A stretch of 64,000 nucleotides of DNA from positions 32,726,607-32,790,606 of the forward strand of contig NC_069004.1 in assembly GCF_001194135.2 (NCBI RefSeq), given 5' to 3'. The notes below the pieces were generated by a model that worked only from the letters and a program-made list of their open reading frames with translations, made no database searches and was not told the origin of the DNA. Made by a program: the position numbers and the translations under genes. Of this stretch, positions 39,840 to 52,924 are shown piece after piece (the stretch's first letter is position 1; every line of letters starts with the position of its first letter). Origin of the DNA: Octopus bimaculoides (Eukaryota).

Positions 39840-40200
39840 ATAATGCTACTGCTAGGTCTCCAGCTGGTTGGCTCAACTTGGAGAATCTGTCTTGTGATCT
39901 TCTAATCATATGTTTGCAGTAGCAGATCTGTGATCTTGGAATGTGGAGAAGTAGCTTGACCTGCAACAAATTGAGTTGCAGCATTGCCTTCAGGGTTTGA
40001 ATGCTGTGGCTCTGGTAAACCATTTTGCTGTGCTGTTCCGTTACCAAAGCAATGTTTCTGTCACTGTATAATCATCCAGTTCACCCAACATCTTGGAATT
40101 CTTCTGATGAATATTCATATGGTTTTAATTTTGATAAGGAGTCTATTGGGTTGAAATCCAAGGATTGTGCTGGCCACTGTAGCCAGTCAGCACAAAAAGT
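39840..40200 (-). mobile_element. Decayed Tc1-family transposase remnant
   Basis: Minus frame WLQWPAQSLDFNPIDSL at about 40140-40185 resembles the WPxQSPDLNPIE motif carrying the third catalytic residue; downstream frame is broken. Confidence 0.55.
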
Positions 40201-41250
40201 CTCTCGTGAGATTTCTTTATCAATGTACCTCAAGAGGCCCAGACTGATGGGTCAAAACATGACCGATGGGTCTAATACGAAATCCACCTCCTACTATTAA
40301 TTATTACNNNNNNNNNNNNNNNNNNNNNNNNNNNNNNNNNNNNNNNNNNNNNNNNNNNNNNNNNNNNNNNNNNNNNNNNNNNNNNNNNNNNNNNNNNNNN
40401 NNNNNNNNNNNNNNNNNNNNNNNNNNNNNNNNNNNNNNNNNNNNNNNNNNNNNNNNNNNNNNNNNNNNNNNNNNNNNNNNNNNNNNNNNNNNNNNNNNNN
40501 NNNNNNNNNNNNNNNNNNNNNNNNNNNNNNNNNNNNNNNNNNNNNNNNNNNNNNNNNNNNNNNNNNNNNNNNNNNNNNNNNNNNNNNNNNNNNNNNNNNN
40601 NNNNNNNNNNNNNNNNNNNNNNNNNNNNNNNNNNNNNNNNNNNNNNNNNNNNNNNNNNNNNNNNNNNNNNNNNNNNNNNNNNNNNNNNNNNNNNNNNNNN
40701 NNNNNNNNNNNNNNNNNATATATATATATATATATATATAAATGTATTTTTATAATACCTTGCCAACTTAAAGGATGCATTCATCTTCAAAATATAGCCG
40801 TGTAGTGTATTAAGAGAATTAAAAAAAGACCATTTGAGGAACGTAGTCTACTTTTAATTTAAAGCCATGGAAAAGAAATTCTCTTTTTATTTAACTATTG
40901 TTTGAATCTTGATTAAATGAAAGGGAATAATTAATTCTTAATTATCTGTATATGCATCTCTTTAAACTGAAACCATTGTGTGCGTGTGTGTGTGTTTTAG
41001 AAACCTTGCTATTAGATGTTATGTGAGTGTGTTGCTGTTGTCGTAACTGTTAGCATTTCTCCTGTTTCTCTCAAACCACAGCACTGCTGCTGCGGGTTGC
41101 CTTGGCCTTCCTTCTTCTTGACCTTGTCCATACAATACAGCTTGGCTAAAGCGTGTTTTTTAGCAACCAAAAAAACCAGAGACCTTGTACTCTCTGAAAA
41201 CAGTTTCTCAGTCAGAAGACTAGGGAGCTTGGTACCTGTCAAACAGCCTT

Positions 41251-41474
41251 TTAACTCTTTGGCATTCAGATTTCTCAGTCAAAAGTAATGCTTATTTATT
41301 CACATTGATATGAATTAGTCATGCATTACAATGTAGCTTGATAATTTCAATGATGTGAATATTTTTAGAATAATACTGTAGGGTAAGTGTGAGAGGCAAG
41401 AGCTGGCCAGTTTGAAAGTAAAACAGGTAGATTATTTTGGCTGGACATGGCCAGTTTAAATGCTAAAGGGTGAA
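41251..41474. mobile_element. piggyBac-like MITE (TTAA-CCCTTT ends), degenerate
   Basis: ttaactctttggcatt...aatgctaaagggtgaa; same family as 56185-56414 and as the interrupted copy at about 44200-44555. Confidence 0.6.
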
Positions 41475-42357
41475 ACCAACAGAAGACTAGAGAGTATGGT
41501 ACCCTGTCAAGTGGTCTGCTCTGCCAGCAGATGACTAGAGACCATGGTACCTTGTCAAACATTCTTCTCAGCAACCAGGAAACTAGAGAGCATGGTACCA
41601 GGTCAATAGATTCTGTCTACAGTGGCTGGCCCCTTAGCCAAGAACTTCTGTCACTGTGTCACTAGTACAACTTCTACATGGCCAGCTACTTTCAGCACTT
41701 AGTGACTCCTCATGAAGGCCCACCTGCATTGTGTACCTCCATATCCTTAGTTGTTCTTTTGACTATATAGCTGGCAATCTAGAAGCAGGTCCCTCTACAG
41801 GGTCTCCTTGGAATAGTCCCATATTCACCCCATTCAGCAACTTTTCACATTAACGATTCCATGCCTCTTTCTTTTGCATATCAGTGAAGGCAAGTGCACC
41901 TTCCTTGATATCATTTTTCTTCTATATACGCCCTGTATGTACCTGTGGAATTTATGTTGCTTCCTGAACACGACTATGGCCACTATATTCTTTCGCTTCA
42001 AGGAAATGCCTAGATACCAGGTTCAGTTCTGCCTATTTCAAAAAAAGGTGTTTGTGTCTCGTTTACTAATGTATCTACGTAAGTTTGTGTGTGTGTACAT
42101 GTCAGTCTATCTGCAGTTCTTTGTGTGTATACATATACACATATTCGTGTATGTATGTGTGTGTATATATAGATATAGTGGGTTAGGGTTAGGGTTGAAT
42201 ATGTGTGTTTATGTTTAGGTGGGTGAGAACATATGTGATCTGAGTTACTTGCAGTCATGGTGGTGGGAGTTTCTCTGTGTATATATATCTGTATGAATTA
42301 TGTGTATATATTAGCATATGTGTGTATACGTTTGGGGAAATTTCTATCAGAAAATTA

Positions 42358-42427
<70 letters not shown>

Positions 42428-43444
42428 TTATACATACACAGACACAGTAAACTAGTATATGCATGTGTACGTATGTATTTTAGCTCCCGAGTCTCCCTCC
42501 TAAATTTACTTAGATTAGTTGTAGTTTTGCCCTAACTTGTTTCCCTATAAACATGTTGTATACCTCCCTCATGTGTATATATATATATATATATATGTAT
42601 GTGTATGTACATGTGTAAGTACGTACGTATGGATGTGTGTGTAAGTAGATACGTACATCTTCGTTTCTGAATGTATATGTGAATTATAATCGTAAATATA
42701 TCCCCATATGCACACGAAACACACACACACTTGTTATTTTCCCATAATGCTTCAGTAGGACAGCTTTTTATATCGTTAGATAGTCATTAACACTATTTGT
42801 GCTACATTTTTTTATGTATATGCGTGTGTGTGTATGTATATATATATATATATATATNNNNNNNNNNNNNNNNNNNNNNNNNNNNNNNNNNNNNNNNNNN
42901 NNNNNNNNNNNNNNNNNNNNNNNNNNNNNNNNNNNNNNNNNNNNNNNNNNNNNNNNNNNNNNNNNNNNNNNNNNNNNNNNNNNNNNNNNNNNNNNNNNNN
43001 NNNNNNNNNNNNNNNNNNNNNNNNNNNNNNNNNNNNNNNNNNNNNNNNNNNNNNNNNNNNNNNNNNNNNNNNNNNNNNNNNNNNNNNNNNNNNNNNNNNN
43101 NNNNNNNNNNNNNNNNNNNNNNNNNNNNNNNNNNNNNNNNNNNNNNNNNNNNNNNNNNNNNNNNNNNNNNNNNNNNNNNNNNNNNNNNNNNNNNNNNNNN
43201 NNNNNNNNNNNNNNNNNNNNNNNNNNNNNNNNNNNNNNNNNNNNNNNNNNNNNNATCTTTACCATTTTTGGACAAAATGCTTCATGGCATTCTTCCAGCT
43301 CTACATTCTGAATTCCAGTTCCGCTGAAGTTGACTTTACCTTTCATGTTTTTGTGGGGTCAATAAAATAAGTCCTACTTGACCAGTAGGGTCAACTTAAT
43401 CGATTACCCCCCACCCCAGAATTTCAGGCCTTGTACCTATAGTC

Positions 43445-43830
43445 ATCATTATCATCATCGTTTAACGTCCACTTTCCATGCTGGCATGGGTTGGACAGTT
43501 TAACTGGGGTCTGGTGAGCCAGGAGGCTGCACCAGGCTCCAATCTGATTTGGCAGAGTTTCTACAGCTGGATGCCCTTCCTAATGCCAACCACTCCGAGA
43601 GTGTAGTGGGTGCTTTTACAAAACACCTGCAGGAGGACCGGTCAGGCGGTACTGGCAACAAACTCACTCGAATGTTGTTTTTCATGTGCCACCGGCACAA
43701 GTGCCAGTAAGGCGACGCTGGTAATGAACACACTCGAATGATGCTTTCTATGTGCCACCAGCACAGGAGCCAGTCAGCGGCCCTGGCAACGATCACGCTC
43801 GGATGGTGCTCTTAGTGCTCCACTAGCAAC
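43445..43830 (-). mobile_element. Longer family E copy with an internal ~60 bp degenerate tandem unit
   Basis: E terminus at 43445-43620, then about three units of cactcgaatg..ttt.atgtgccacc.gcaca.g.gccagt; the same motif starts at 26226. Confidence 0.75.
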
Positions 43831-44554
43831 AGTATGTTTTTTACCGCTAGGTCATCTGGTGATCTGGTAGACCTTTGATCAAAGACCTTCCATCTGTGAC
43901 CAATCAGTATACATATTTTTATACAGACATAGTATATTCTAAGACTATGTTCACCCATGTGTCCTTCCTCTTCTTAAGATGATAGACTACAATTTCTGGG
44001 TGGTTGGCTGCTATGTCTATAAAACTGAGCAACCAGGTAAAATACAAAAATAAAAAAAAAACTCAATCATTGGTAAATGAAGTCTTGTTCGTTAGGGATT
44101 ATATCATTATGTCTCCAATCGACCAATATTTTGTTCAGAAGAAGCTTTATTTCTTCCCTTTAGCTATACAGAAACCACTCTTAAGAAATTCAACTTTGTT
44201 AATCTCCTTTAAACCTGTTAGCTTTCGGATTACTCTGTCAAATTTAACGCTTATCTATTCACATTGTTTTGAATTAATCATGCATTATCTCATCACCATC
44301 ATCATCATCGTTTAACATCCACTTTCCATGCTAGCATGGGTTGGACAGTTTAACTGGGGACTGGTGAAACCAGATGGCTACGCCAGGCTCCAATCTGATT
44401 TGGCAGAGTTTCAAATCAGATTCTCATAGCTTTGAGATTTCGATGTCATGATAGTTTATTTTTAGAATGATATTGTCTAGGGTAGGTGTGAGAGGCTGGA
44501 TCTGACGGGTTTGGCCATAAAACAGGTAGGACATCTGGGCCTGATGTGACCAGT

Positions 44555-45560
44555 TTAACCCTTTGCCTGTCCAAAGCATTTCCATAAGTTTGTCCTGAAC
44601 TACTATGCTTGTTTTCAGAGATTTACTTAGCCCTTGTTTCATACATTCTGAATTCTATGAAGCTTTCCTTTCATAAGTCCCAAATTACTCTGGTGGCTGA
44701 CAAAAATTGGTGAATGTGTATCATATATGATGTGTAGACATTAGGGAAATGTGTCCTGTGAATCGCATGTGATACACAGGACAGTCAAAGGTGCTAAGCT
44801 GTTCTGTTAGAAGAGACAGTCTTAGTGTGACATTGGTGAATTATGTTACACATTATGTGTCCTTATAGTGAGGCTATCTGTGACATTAACCCTTTACCTG
44901 CACAAAGCATTTTAATGCTTGTCCTAAGCATCTACACTGTTTCCAGACTTTTAGTCAACCCTTGTTACATGTGTTCTGAGTAATATAAAGCTCTCCTTTC
45001 ATAAGTCCCAAATTACTGTGGTGATTAAAAGAAAATTAGGATTGTGTTATCATATATGAAGAGGTTACTTCCAAAACCAGATACATGCATCGGAATGACT
45101 TTTGGAGTAATTGTTTAAAACCACAACTTGAATATATCTGATTTTGGTTGGAAGACTAAGATTCGTCTCCTGTCTATGGGGCATCTGTCCCAGGTTGACT
45201 GCAAAAAAATTTCGCATGCGTGAAACCAGCAGCTTACAGATTGTGTTTTAATGGTTATCATGAAATCAACCAAATATGCACTTATACCAGTTCTGAAAGT
45301 AAGCATGATGTGTGGACATTAGGGAAACAGGCCCTGTGTATCCCATGTGATACACGAAACAGTCAAAGGTGTTAAGCTGTTCTGTTGGAAGAGACAGTCT
45401 TAGTGTGACATTGGTGAATTATGTCACGCAAAATGTGTCTTTATAATGAGGCTAGCTGCGACATTAACACTTTATCTGTCTAAAGTGTTTTTCAGAAGTT
45501 TGTCCGAAACGCCCACTCATGTTTTCAGACTTTTAATTATGTTCTGAGTAATATAAAGCT
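44555..45560. repeat. ~331 bp tandem repeat, 2.3 units, second unit interrupted by ~245 bp insert
   Basis: ttaacc/acttt starts at 44555, 44886, 45464; long shared blocks such as gagacagtcttagtgtgacattggtgaattatgt. Confidence 0.8.
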
Positions 45561-46621
45561 AAGTGTTAAATACTAAAGAATTAAGATTCTGTGAAAAGGT
45601 TTTATGACTTTGCAAGTGTTTTAAAACTAGCTCTTTTACTCGTGTCAAGGGGGTACGCAAACACACACACACACACACACACACACCCTGCTCCACTTCT
45701 CTATCTGCCATTGCAGCTATTCAACGTATAAATAACATTAATAAATGAAGATTTGTTAAGTGTACCATGTTATTGATATTAATGGTTTGATGTATGTTGA
45801 AGACATGTGTGGAGTTGGTCGGTGGTGGTGGTGAACAGTTGTAAAAAGGTCACCAAGTTAAAAGTAGGGGAAGCATTTGGGAAATCATCAGTGAGATTTT
45901 ACTGGAGAGCTGCGTAGGTGTGTGTATGCCTGCACCTGTGTGAATGAAAGAGAAAGAATTTGTGCACCAATGTCAGTGAGAGAGAGAGAGAGAGAGAGTG
46001 TGAGGGTTTGTGCCCCCAATGTGAATGAGAGACATTGTGTATGTGTGCATGAGAACTTGTGAACATTTGTATGTGTATGAGACAAAGAGTATATACACCA
46101 GTGTGTGTGTGTGTTAGTGACCAGTTTGAACAAAAGAGAAAGAAAGAGAGAGAATTGCTTTATTGAAGGATCACCCACACAATTCTTATGTAATTTTGGT
46201 TATAAAAGCTCTCTTGCAAAATGATTGGTAGGTTTTCTGTTTTTTTTTTTTTTATGAGATTTTCTTCCAAATAAGTCCAACTTTGAACCAAAGAGGAATT
46301 TTTCTCTTCAGCTATTTGGTATTTTTTTTTTAATTGTCAGATAGCATTTTTTTTTTATATATATATATTCTTCTTATATTTACTTTTGTTACTTGTGCAC
46401 TGTTTTTTTTTATTTGTATTCCATTTGCCTCTGTTTTCTGTGTACCCAAAACAGACTAAACCACTTTGATGCAGGGTTTTTTTTTTTCTTCTTTCTTCTT
46501 TTTTTTTCTTTTCTTTTTTTTTTTTGTTGTTGTTGTTCCATTAGAGTATATTTTTAGTGATAGGTAATTGGGACTGAAAATAGAGTGATGACATTTTGAG
46601 AGTTGTTGGCTAATGAAAGCA

Positions 46622-46667
<46 letters not shown>

Positions 46668-47119
46668 AATGAATGAATGAGAGAGAGAGAGAGATATAGT
46701 GCAAGTTGAAGAGGGCAGTTCAGAAGGGAGACTTTGCAGTTGAAGGTCAGGAGAAAGAGAAAGAGAGAGAGCGAGAGAGAGGGAGTGGAAGACTGACTAG
46801 CAGAGATATAAATAACATGGTACCTTTATAATTTTGGAAAATGTTGGCATTCCTCATAAGTGCAAAGTGTAAAGTGGGGAGGTGGGGAGACTGGCATCTA
46901 AAAGAGGGGTGACCTGTGCTAAAACTGTCACACTGAACATGGGACTGTACACTGGACCCACCTCATTCTCTATGCTTCCCAGGGTTGTAACTTGGTGTGG
47001 GTATTTAGCTCCTGGTCAGCACTGATTAAAAAACAGAGACAACGTGGGTTTTCTGGTGGGTTTTAAGTCTTTAGAGAGGGAGAGAGGGGGGGAATAAAGC
47101 TTTATGAGTGAATTTGGTA

Positions 47120-47265
47120 CATGGAATTTGGTACATAGCACCCCGATTAAATGCAAATAGTGTTGAAAATGCTCAGCTTTGTCCTCTTCCCATTCCATTC
47201 TAATGATCTGAAAATACACAAAAATCAATAGAATTAAAAAATCAAAACACACTCGCTTGTAGAGC
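47120..47265 (-). mobile_element. Mariner transposase 5' remnant
   Basis: Minus strand MEWEEDKAEHFQHY then (frameshift) AFNRG, resembling the EHFRHxLLFxFNRG N-terminus of mariner transposases. Confidence 0.55.
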
Positions 47266-47707
47266 AAAAAATTCTCTTTTAAATAACATAAAACATTTTG
47301 CTAATGCGTTTTATTTCTGCATGCCTTTTTAAACTTGAAAAGAAATGCTCATTAATTATTCCACAACCCAATACATTAGGGAGTGAGTCTGATCTTTCTT
47401 TAGTACCTATAGAGGTAACTCTAGGCATGTTCCTTTCTCATTAGTCCTCCTCAGCAAAACGTCCTAATGTAGCTACCAGACTTTAGAATCTCTTTGAGAA
47501 GATATATATTTTTCTTCTTTTGTGGAAATTATTCATTGATTGGTGATAGGAAGGGAATCTAGCCAGGGAAAGAAAAATCTCCCACAACAATTTGCATCAC
47601 ATGTTTGTCTGTACATAACTGTATTCCTTCTGATTTTTTGCTATGGTGCAGAAATTTGCATTTGTGCAGACAACAAGCAACAACAGCAATGCACATACAC
47701 ACACAAC

Positions 47708-47743
<36 letters not shown>

Positions 47744-48614
47744 TATCTTGACATCACATGACAGTTGTAAATGAATGTCACCATCATATAGATGGTGTTG
47801 TTCGGTCTTAACAAATTCTGTCTGACCCATACTAGCATAGAAATGTGGTCGTCAAAAAAATGATGGTTATGATTTTCGTATTCTTTATAGAATATAATCT
47901 CTTCTGCACAGGTTTAGCCATAAGAATCTTTGTTTGCTAAACCACAGTTTTTATCTGCAGAGAAGCAGTAATTTTCACTGTGTTTTGTCGAATACATTCG
48001 AAATTAATTAATGTACCAACTGGTAGAATAAATATTACTTTTGTTTTTATCAACTAAAAGCATCTATAACAGAGAGGGATATGTGAGGACAAGAAAAAAA
48101 GCCATGAGAAGAAAATGAGAGGTTGGGGAGAGCGGTCACTGATGTAATGTGTCTTTGATGGAGTTTGACTGCTATTTCTGGCAAATCAGGTGATTACATA
48201 GAAGCTCTCTCGGTGTGTGTATAGATAGAGAGATGAATAGACAGACAGACAGACAGATAGATAGATAGAAAATGGAATGAATACCATTCTTTATTTTAAA
48301 ATCACCACAATTGTTACGACACATTTTTACACCTGTAGTACACTCGTTAGGCGTTGTGTAACGATGATCGTTCATTCAAGGTGTAAAATACACCTCCGCA
48401 GGTAACTGTTTAAATAAGTCCTTCGTTAGATCCCACCATCATTTCACTGGATGTGACACATATATATTGTTTTTCTGCAGCTCTAAAGGTTTTTAACTCT
48501 TATTTCTAGCAATATAGGTGCTACCTTGCACCCTCAGTCGCAATTAGTGACAATTGAATTTTTCCTTTCTCATTTTATATTGCGTATAGCTACCTTCGTT
48601 ATTTTATATATATG

Positions 48615-48652
<38 letters not shown>

Positions 48653-49087
48653 TATATATGCATGTGTATGCAACAGTTTGTATAAATGGTTGTGATCTTG
48701 TGGATGCATGTACGTGTAGATACATGGGTGTATATACGATGTTTATTACTTGCGGTTGTGGGTGTTTAATGTTCGTGTGAATCTGGAAAGAGTGTGTTTT
48801 TATTCAAATGTGTGCATGTTGCAGATGGCGCTGTTGTCAAAATGTGCATACGTGTGAGTCTGTGCTCAGGCCATGCGATATTTGCACATAGGTACATCTA
48901 CGTAGTTGCAACCGTTTGTGTATATATCTGCATCCATGAATACCTGTACGTCAGAGTAAATGTGTTAGTGTGTGTGTGTGTGTGTGTGTGTGTGCATGCA
49001 TGTGTGTGTGCATGCATGTGTGTGTGTGTATGTCTTTGAATAAATGCTGTTTGTGTGTGTGTGTGTGTGTATGTCTTTGAATAAATG

Positions 49088-49118
<31 letters not shown>

Positions 49119-50194
49119 CATGCATGTGTGTGTATGTGTTTTAGAACAAATGCTGTGTGTGTGGTTTCTTATTGTTCAGAATGAGTGATTGGAAGGAAAG
49201 GGGTAAGGAAAGAAAAGAAAAGAAGGAGGTGATTTAGTGAGACAATAAATAAAAGGATAGAAGAGAGAGAGAGAGAGAGGGGAAGAAAGAAAGGTTGTGG
49301 TGAAATGAAGAGAGAGAGAGAGAGAGAGAGAGAAAGGTTGTAAGGAAGGTTGTAAGGAGAAGAAGAAAACAAGGGAAAGAGAGTAGAGGTGTGAGGTGCG
49401 AATGGCAGTAACAGAGAAAGAGTAAGAGGTTATAAGGTGAGAGTGGGGGTGTGAGGTGAAAGAGACAGTAAGGAAGGGGGGAGAGGGAGAGAGAAGTGGT
49501 GTGAGGTGGGAATGGAGGAAGTTAATATTGGGTTTTGATTTTATTCAAGACCAAAACTTGATACCCCGCCTCCTCTTTCTCTCTCTACTGAAACTCATCT
49601 CCTCCTCCCTCTCCTCCATTTCATTCTCACCTGGATTCTCTGGTTCTCTCTTTCTTTTTCTTTCCCCCTCTCCCTTCACACAGACAGTCTCCACGCGGTG
49701 CTCTGGCTGGCTTGCTAGAAATAGCAGCCAAAGCCACTTTATTCACACACCACTCACCATCTACAGCCAGTGGCCCTCAACCAGTGGCCCTCAACCAGGC
49801 TCCTTGGGCTTCCATATATTTCGTCATGAGACAATATTTATTTTTTTCATACAATTCCTTGTAATATTTAAATATAAAAATATAATAGGATTATAGTCAC
49901 GGATGGATTGCCTGGAGAGTCACGGGTGGAATGCCTTTAAACAAGGCTGGTCTCATTAAACAAAGACACGTCTGTCAATCTCTCTCTCTCTCTCTCTATC
50001 TCCCTCTCACACACACACGCACGTTTGTGTAGTTTTGTTCCTCCTCCCCCTCCCTTTCACACGCCCGTATATTCTTGGTACCTCTCCGTCTCTCTCACCC
50101 TTATAGTGTTCCCTCCCCTTTCTCTCTCTCTCTCTCTCTCACACACTTATATTCTTAGTCCGTTCCATCTTCATATCTCTCTTTTTCTCGCACA

Positions 50195-50227
<33 letters not shown>

Positions 50228-50228
50228 A

Positions 50229-50261
<33 letters not shown>

Positions 50262-50582
50262 AGGAAGGGGGGATAATGGGAGGAGGGAGAGGTGAAATGG
50301 TAGGCGAGGGAGATTGAGGAAAGAGAAACAAGTGTTTATGCAAAAGAGGAGGAGGAGAAACACAAAAGTCTGAAGAGAGAGATGCATACAAGTCCCTCTC
50401 CCCCTCATATTCATGTTCTTACCCCCTCTCTCTCATACACACTGGTATCTCTCGCTCTCACAGTAATCTCTCTGTTTTGTGTTTTCTTTTTGCACAAACG
50501 CTTGTTTTTTTTTGTTATTTTTTCTCCATGTTTCTCTCCTCCCACTACATCACTTTCTCTCTCCTCCCACTGTTCCTCGCTC

Positions 50583-50617
50583 TATAAAGCCACCCTCTCT
50601 ATCTGGCCCATCAATCC
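50583..50617 (+). promoter_or_regulatory. Internal core promoter: TATA box plus Inr-like element
   Basis: cTATAAAg at 50583-50588 and TCAATC at 50611-50616; the Inr A (50613) is 30 nt from the first T of TATA. Flanked by CT/GA tracts and visibly more CpG than the rest of the intron. Confidence 0.6.
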
Positions 50618-50720
50618 TCCGAAACCCGGTGCTGCCGACGTACAGGTACACAGAATCCTGTCGTTCTCCTGACGCTGTTCCAAGTCCACCTTGGTTACAT
50701 TTAATAACCAACCACAACAG

Positions 50721-50770
<50 letters not shown>

Positions 50771-50817
50771 TCTAAATCTGTCCGTAATTATCCACAAAAG
50801 CAAGTTTATCGTCTAGA

Positions 50818-50907
50818 ATGGGTCTGTTCCAGAGGAAAGCCTTTCTCAAACAGAAACTCGCCTGTATTTTGGCCGTCCTACGTAACAACTTCAATCACAA
50901 CAAACAA
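50818..50907 (+). CDS. OXR1: Alternative first coding exon of a short TLDc-only isoform (MGLFQRKAFLKQKLACILAVLRNNFNHNKQ)
   Basis: ATG at 50818, 30 open codons, donor CAA|gtaagg in phase 0, compatible with the 60068 exon. Lies downstream of TATAAA (50583) and an Inr-like TCAATC. Too short for the supplied ORF track. Confidence 0.7.
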
Positions 50908-51302
50908 GTAAGGTTTCGCTATCTCTTTCTCTCTTGGTTTCCGCTTCTATTTAAAAAAAAATATCCTTCCTTCTTATCGTAATGTTTCTTTTGTTTTCTA
51001 AGAGAGGTACTAAAACTATTAATTGTATAATAAATAATTTTATTAATTACCTCTCCATTTTCTTATTCTCTAAATATATAAATATATGAACCACGGTTTA
51101 TAATGGTTACCTCATAGTTGAACTTTCTTATTTTCGTTGTATTTATGATCCCTTAATGAGGTTTATTGTCTTTACTTGATTATATCTATACAGGAAAGAA
51201 TTGGTAGTATACCATAATACTGCCGGGTATCTGGTAATTCTTCGGGTGAACGAACTCTATTTTGTACTCGGATACGTTCTTAACGGAATACACCTCAACT
51301 AC

Positions 51303-51374
<72 letters not shown>

Positions 51375-51960
51375 GTGTGTGTGAGAGAGAGAAATATGTA
51401 GCTCTCTCAGACTTTTTGTTTATCCTCATATACGTGTGTGTGTGTCACCTGTACTGACCAGAATATCGAATGTTGCTGCTCATCGCTGGCCACGATGCGT
51501 TTCCAATTCTTTCTCGGTTGCGATTTTCTTTTCAATCTTGGCTCAGATTGTTTAAATTTTGTTTGTTTTTTTTTGTTTTTTTGTTTTTTGTAATTAAAAC
51601 AAAAACAAAAACGATTCGCCTGTTATTTCTTGTAATTCCGAAAGCTCGCTTGCTCCTTTCTCAAGCGTCACAAATCTACCTAAGGATGTGGGAAATTATA
51701 CCAGATATAATACTATACAGAATACCGAAAGGATCTTCACCTCTTACATCACACATTTCTTCTTACTTCAACGTCGAGATGGTATAATTTCCTGGGAGAG
51801 AGATAATTTTGCGGCTGAGGATAGCTTTACATTGTAGATTATACACATATTATATTATGTTATATTATATTATATTATATTATACACATGTAGAGCTTGA
51901 AACACGTGTACCGCAGAATCCTTTGTAGTTTTGTTGTTATTTTTTTCTTTTGGATTTACA

Positions 51961-51994
<34 letters not shown>

Positions 51995-52924
51995 GTTTAT
52001 ATTTATATAAAGGGCATTATTACAGAAAAATAATAACGCCACACAGTGGACTTCTATATAGATAAAACAAATAATAAATGAGTATATGCATATATACGTA
52101 CAGGTATGTGCATACCTACGTCTACCTGTATATATAGGTGCATATCTGGGTACAGGACATTGCAAACAAAACGTAGACAATAAAAAATAATAATAACCAG
52201 AGTACAGAAAACACACAAGCCACATAGAGAACATTTTCCTTCAGTCCTTCTGTTTTAATGCCTTCTTATTAATTAACACACTCACCGGTTCAATTTCCAC
52301 TCGTTATTTTTCTTCTGAAATTTTTTTTGCTTCTTGCAATCTCTTCAATCGTTGTTGACTCTTGTCCGTTCGTTTATTTCTTGTTTCTACACCAGTTTTT
52401 TAGTGACTCGATGGTGGCAGTTGTGTTCGTTGTTTGGACCCATGCCAAGCTCTGACCGAACAAACGTACGATCAAAGATGTTCCTTCCGGCCATGACCAC
52501 CCGTCCTTTGTTTTCTTTGCTTAATCCAGCGGTGTGCCTATAGTAGAAAGGATTATTTCTAGCAGGTCGAGCGACCGCATACATAAAGTCCGTGTGTGTG
52601 TATATATATATAGCGACCATATTCATAAAGTCCGTGTGTGTGTTTGTATATATATATATATAGTATTGTGTGTGTGATGCTTATCTGTCTACCTCTAGCC
52701 CCTCCCCGATAAGTTTGTTGTGGCTGTTTTTATTTTGTCAACCATAATCGATTGTTATTTAATCATTATCTTAATTCAGGGACCAGATAAAATTAAAATC
52801 GGTCAAATAACTGGGGTAGGAATTCGATCGTTCATTTCTCCCCCACCCCCACCCCGGTGTCCTCGAAGTGTGTGGCCTTGTACTTAATCGCTACTATTTT
52901 TCGAATAACGATAAGGATAATTAA

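Noticed and set aside
42180-42196. Interstitial telomere-like GGGTTAGGGTTAGGGTT
   Set aside because: Under three units in a GT-rich simple-repeat region; not distinguishable from chance.
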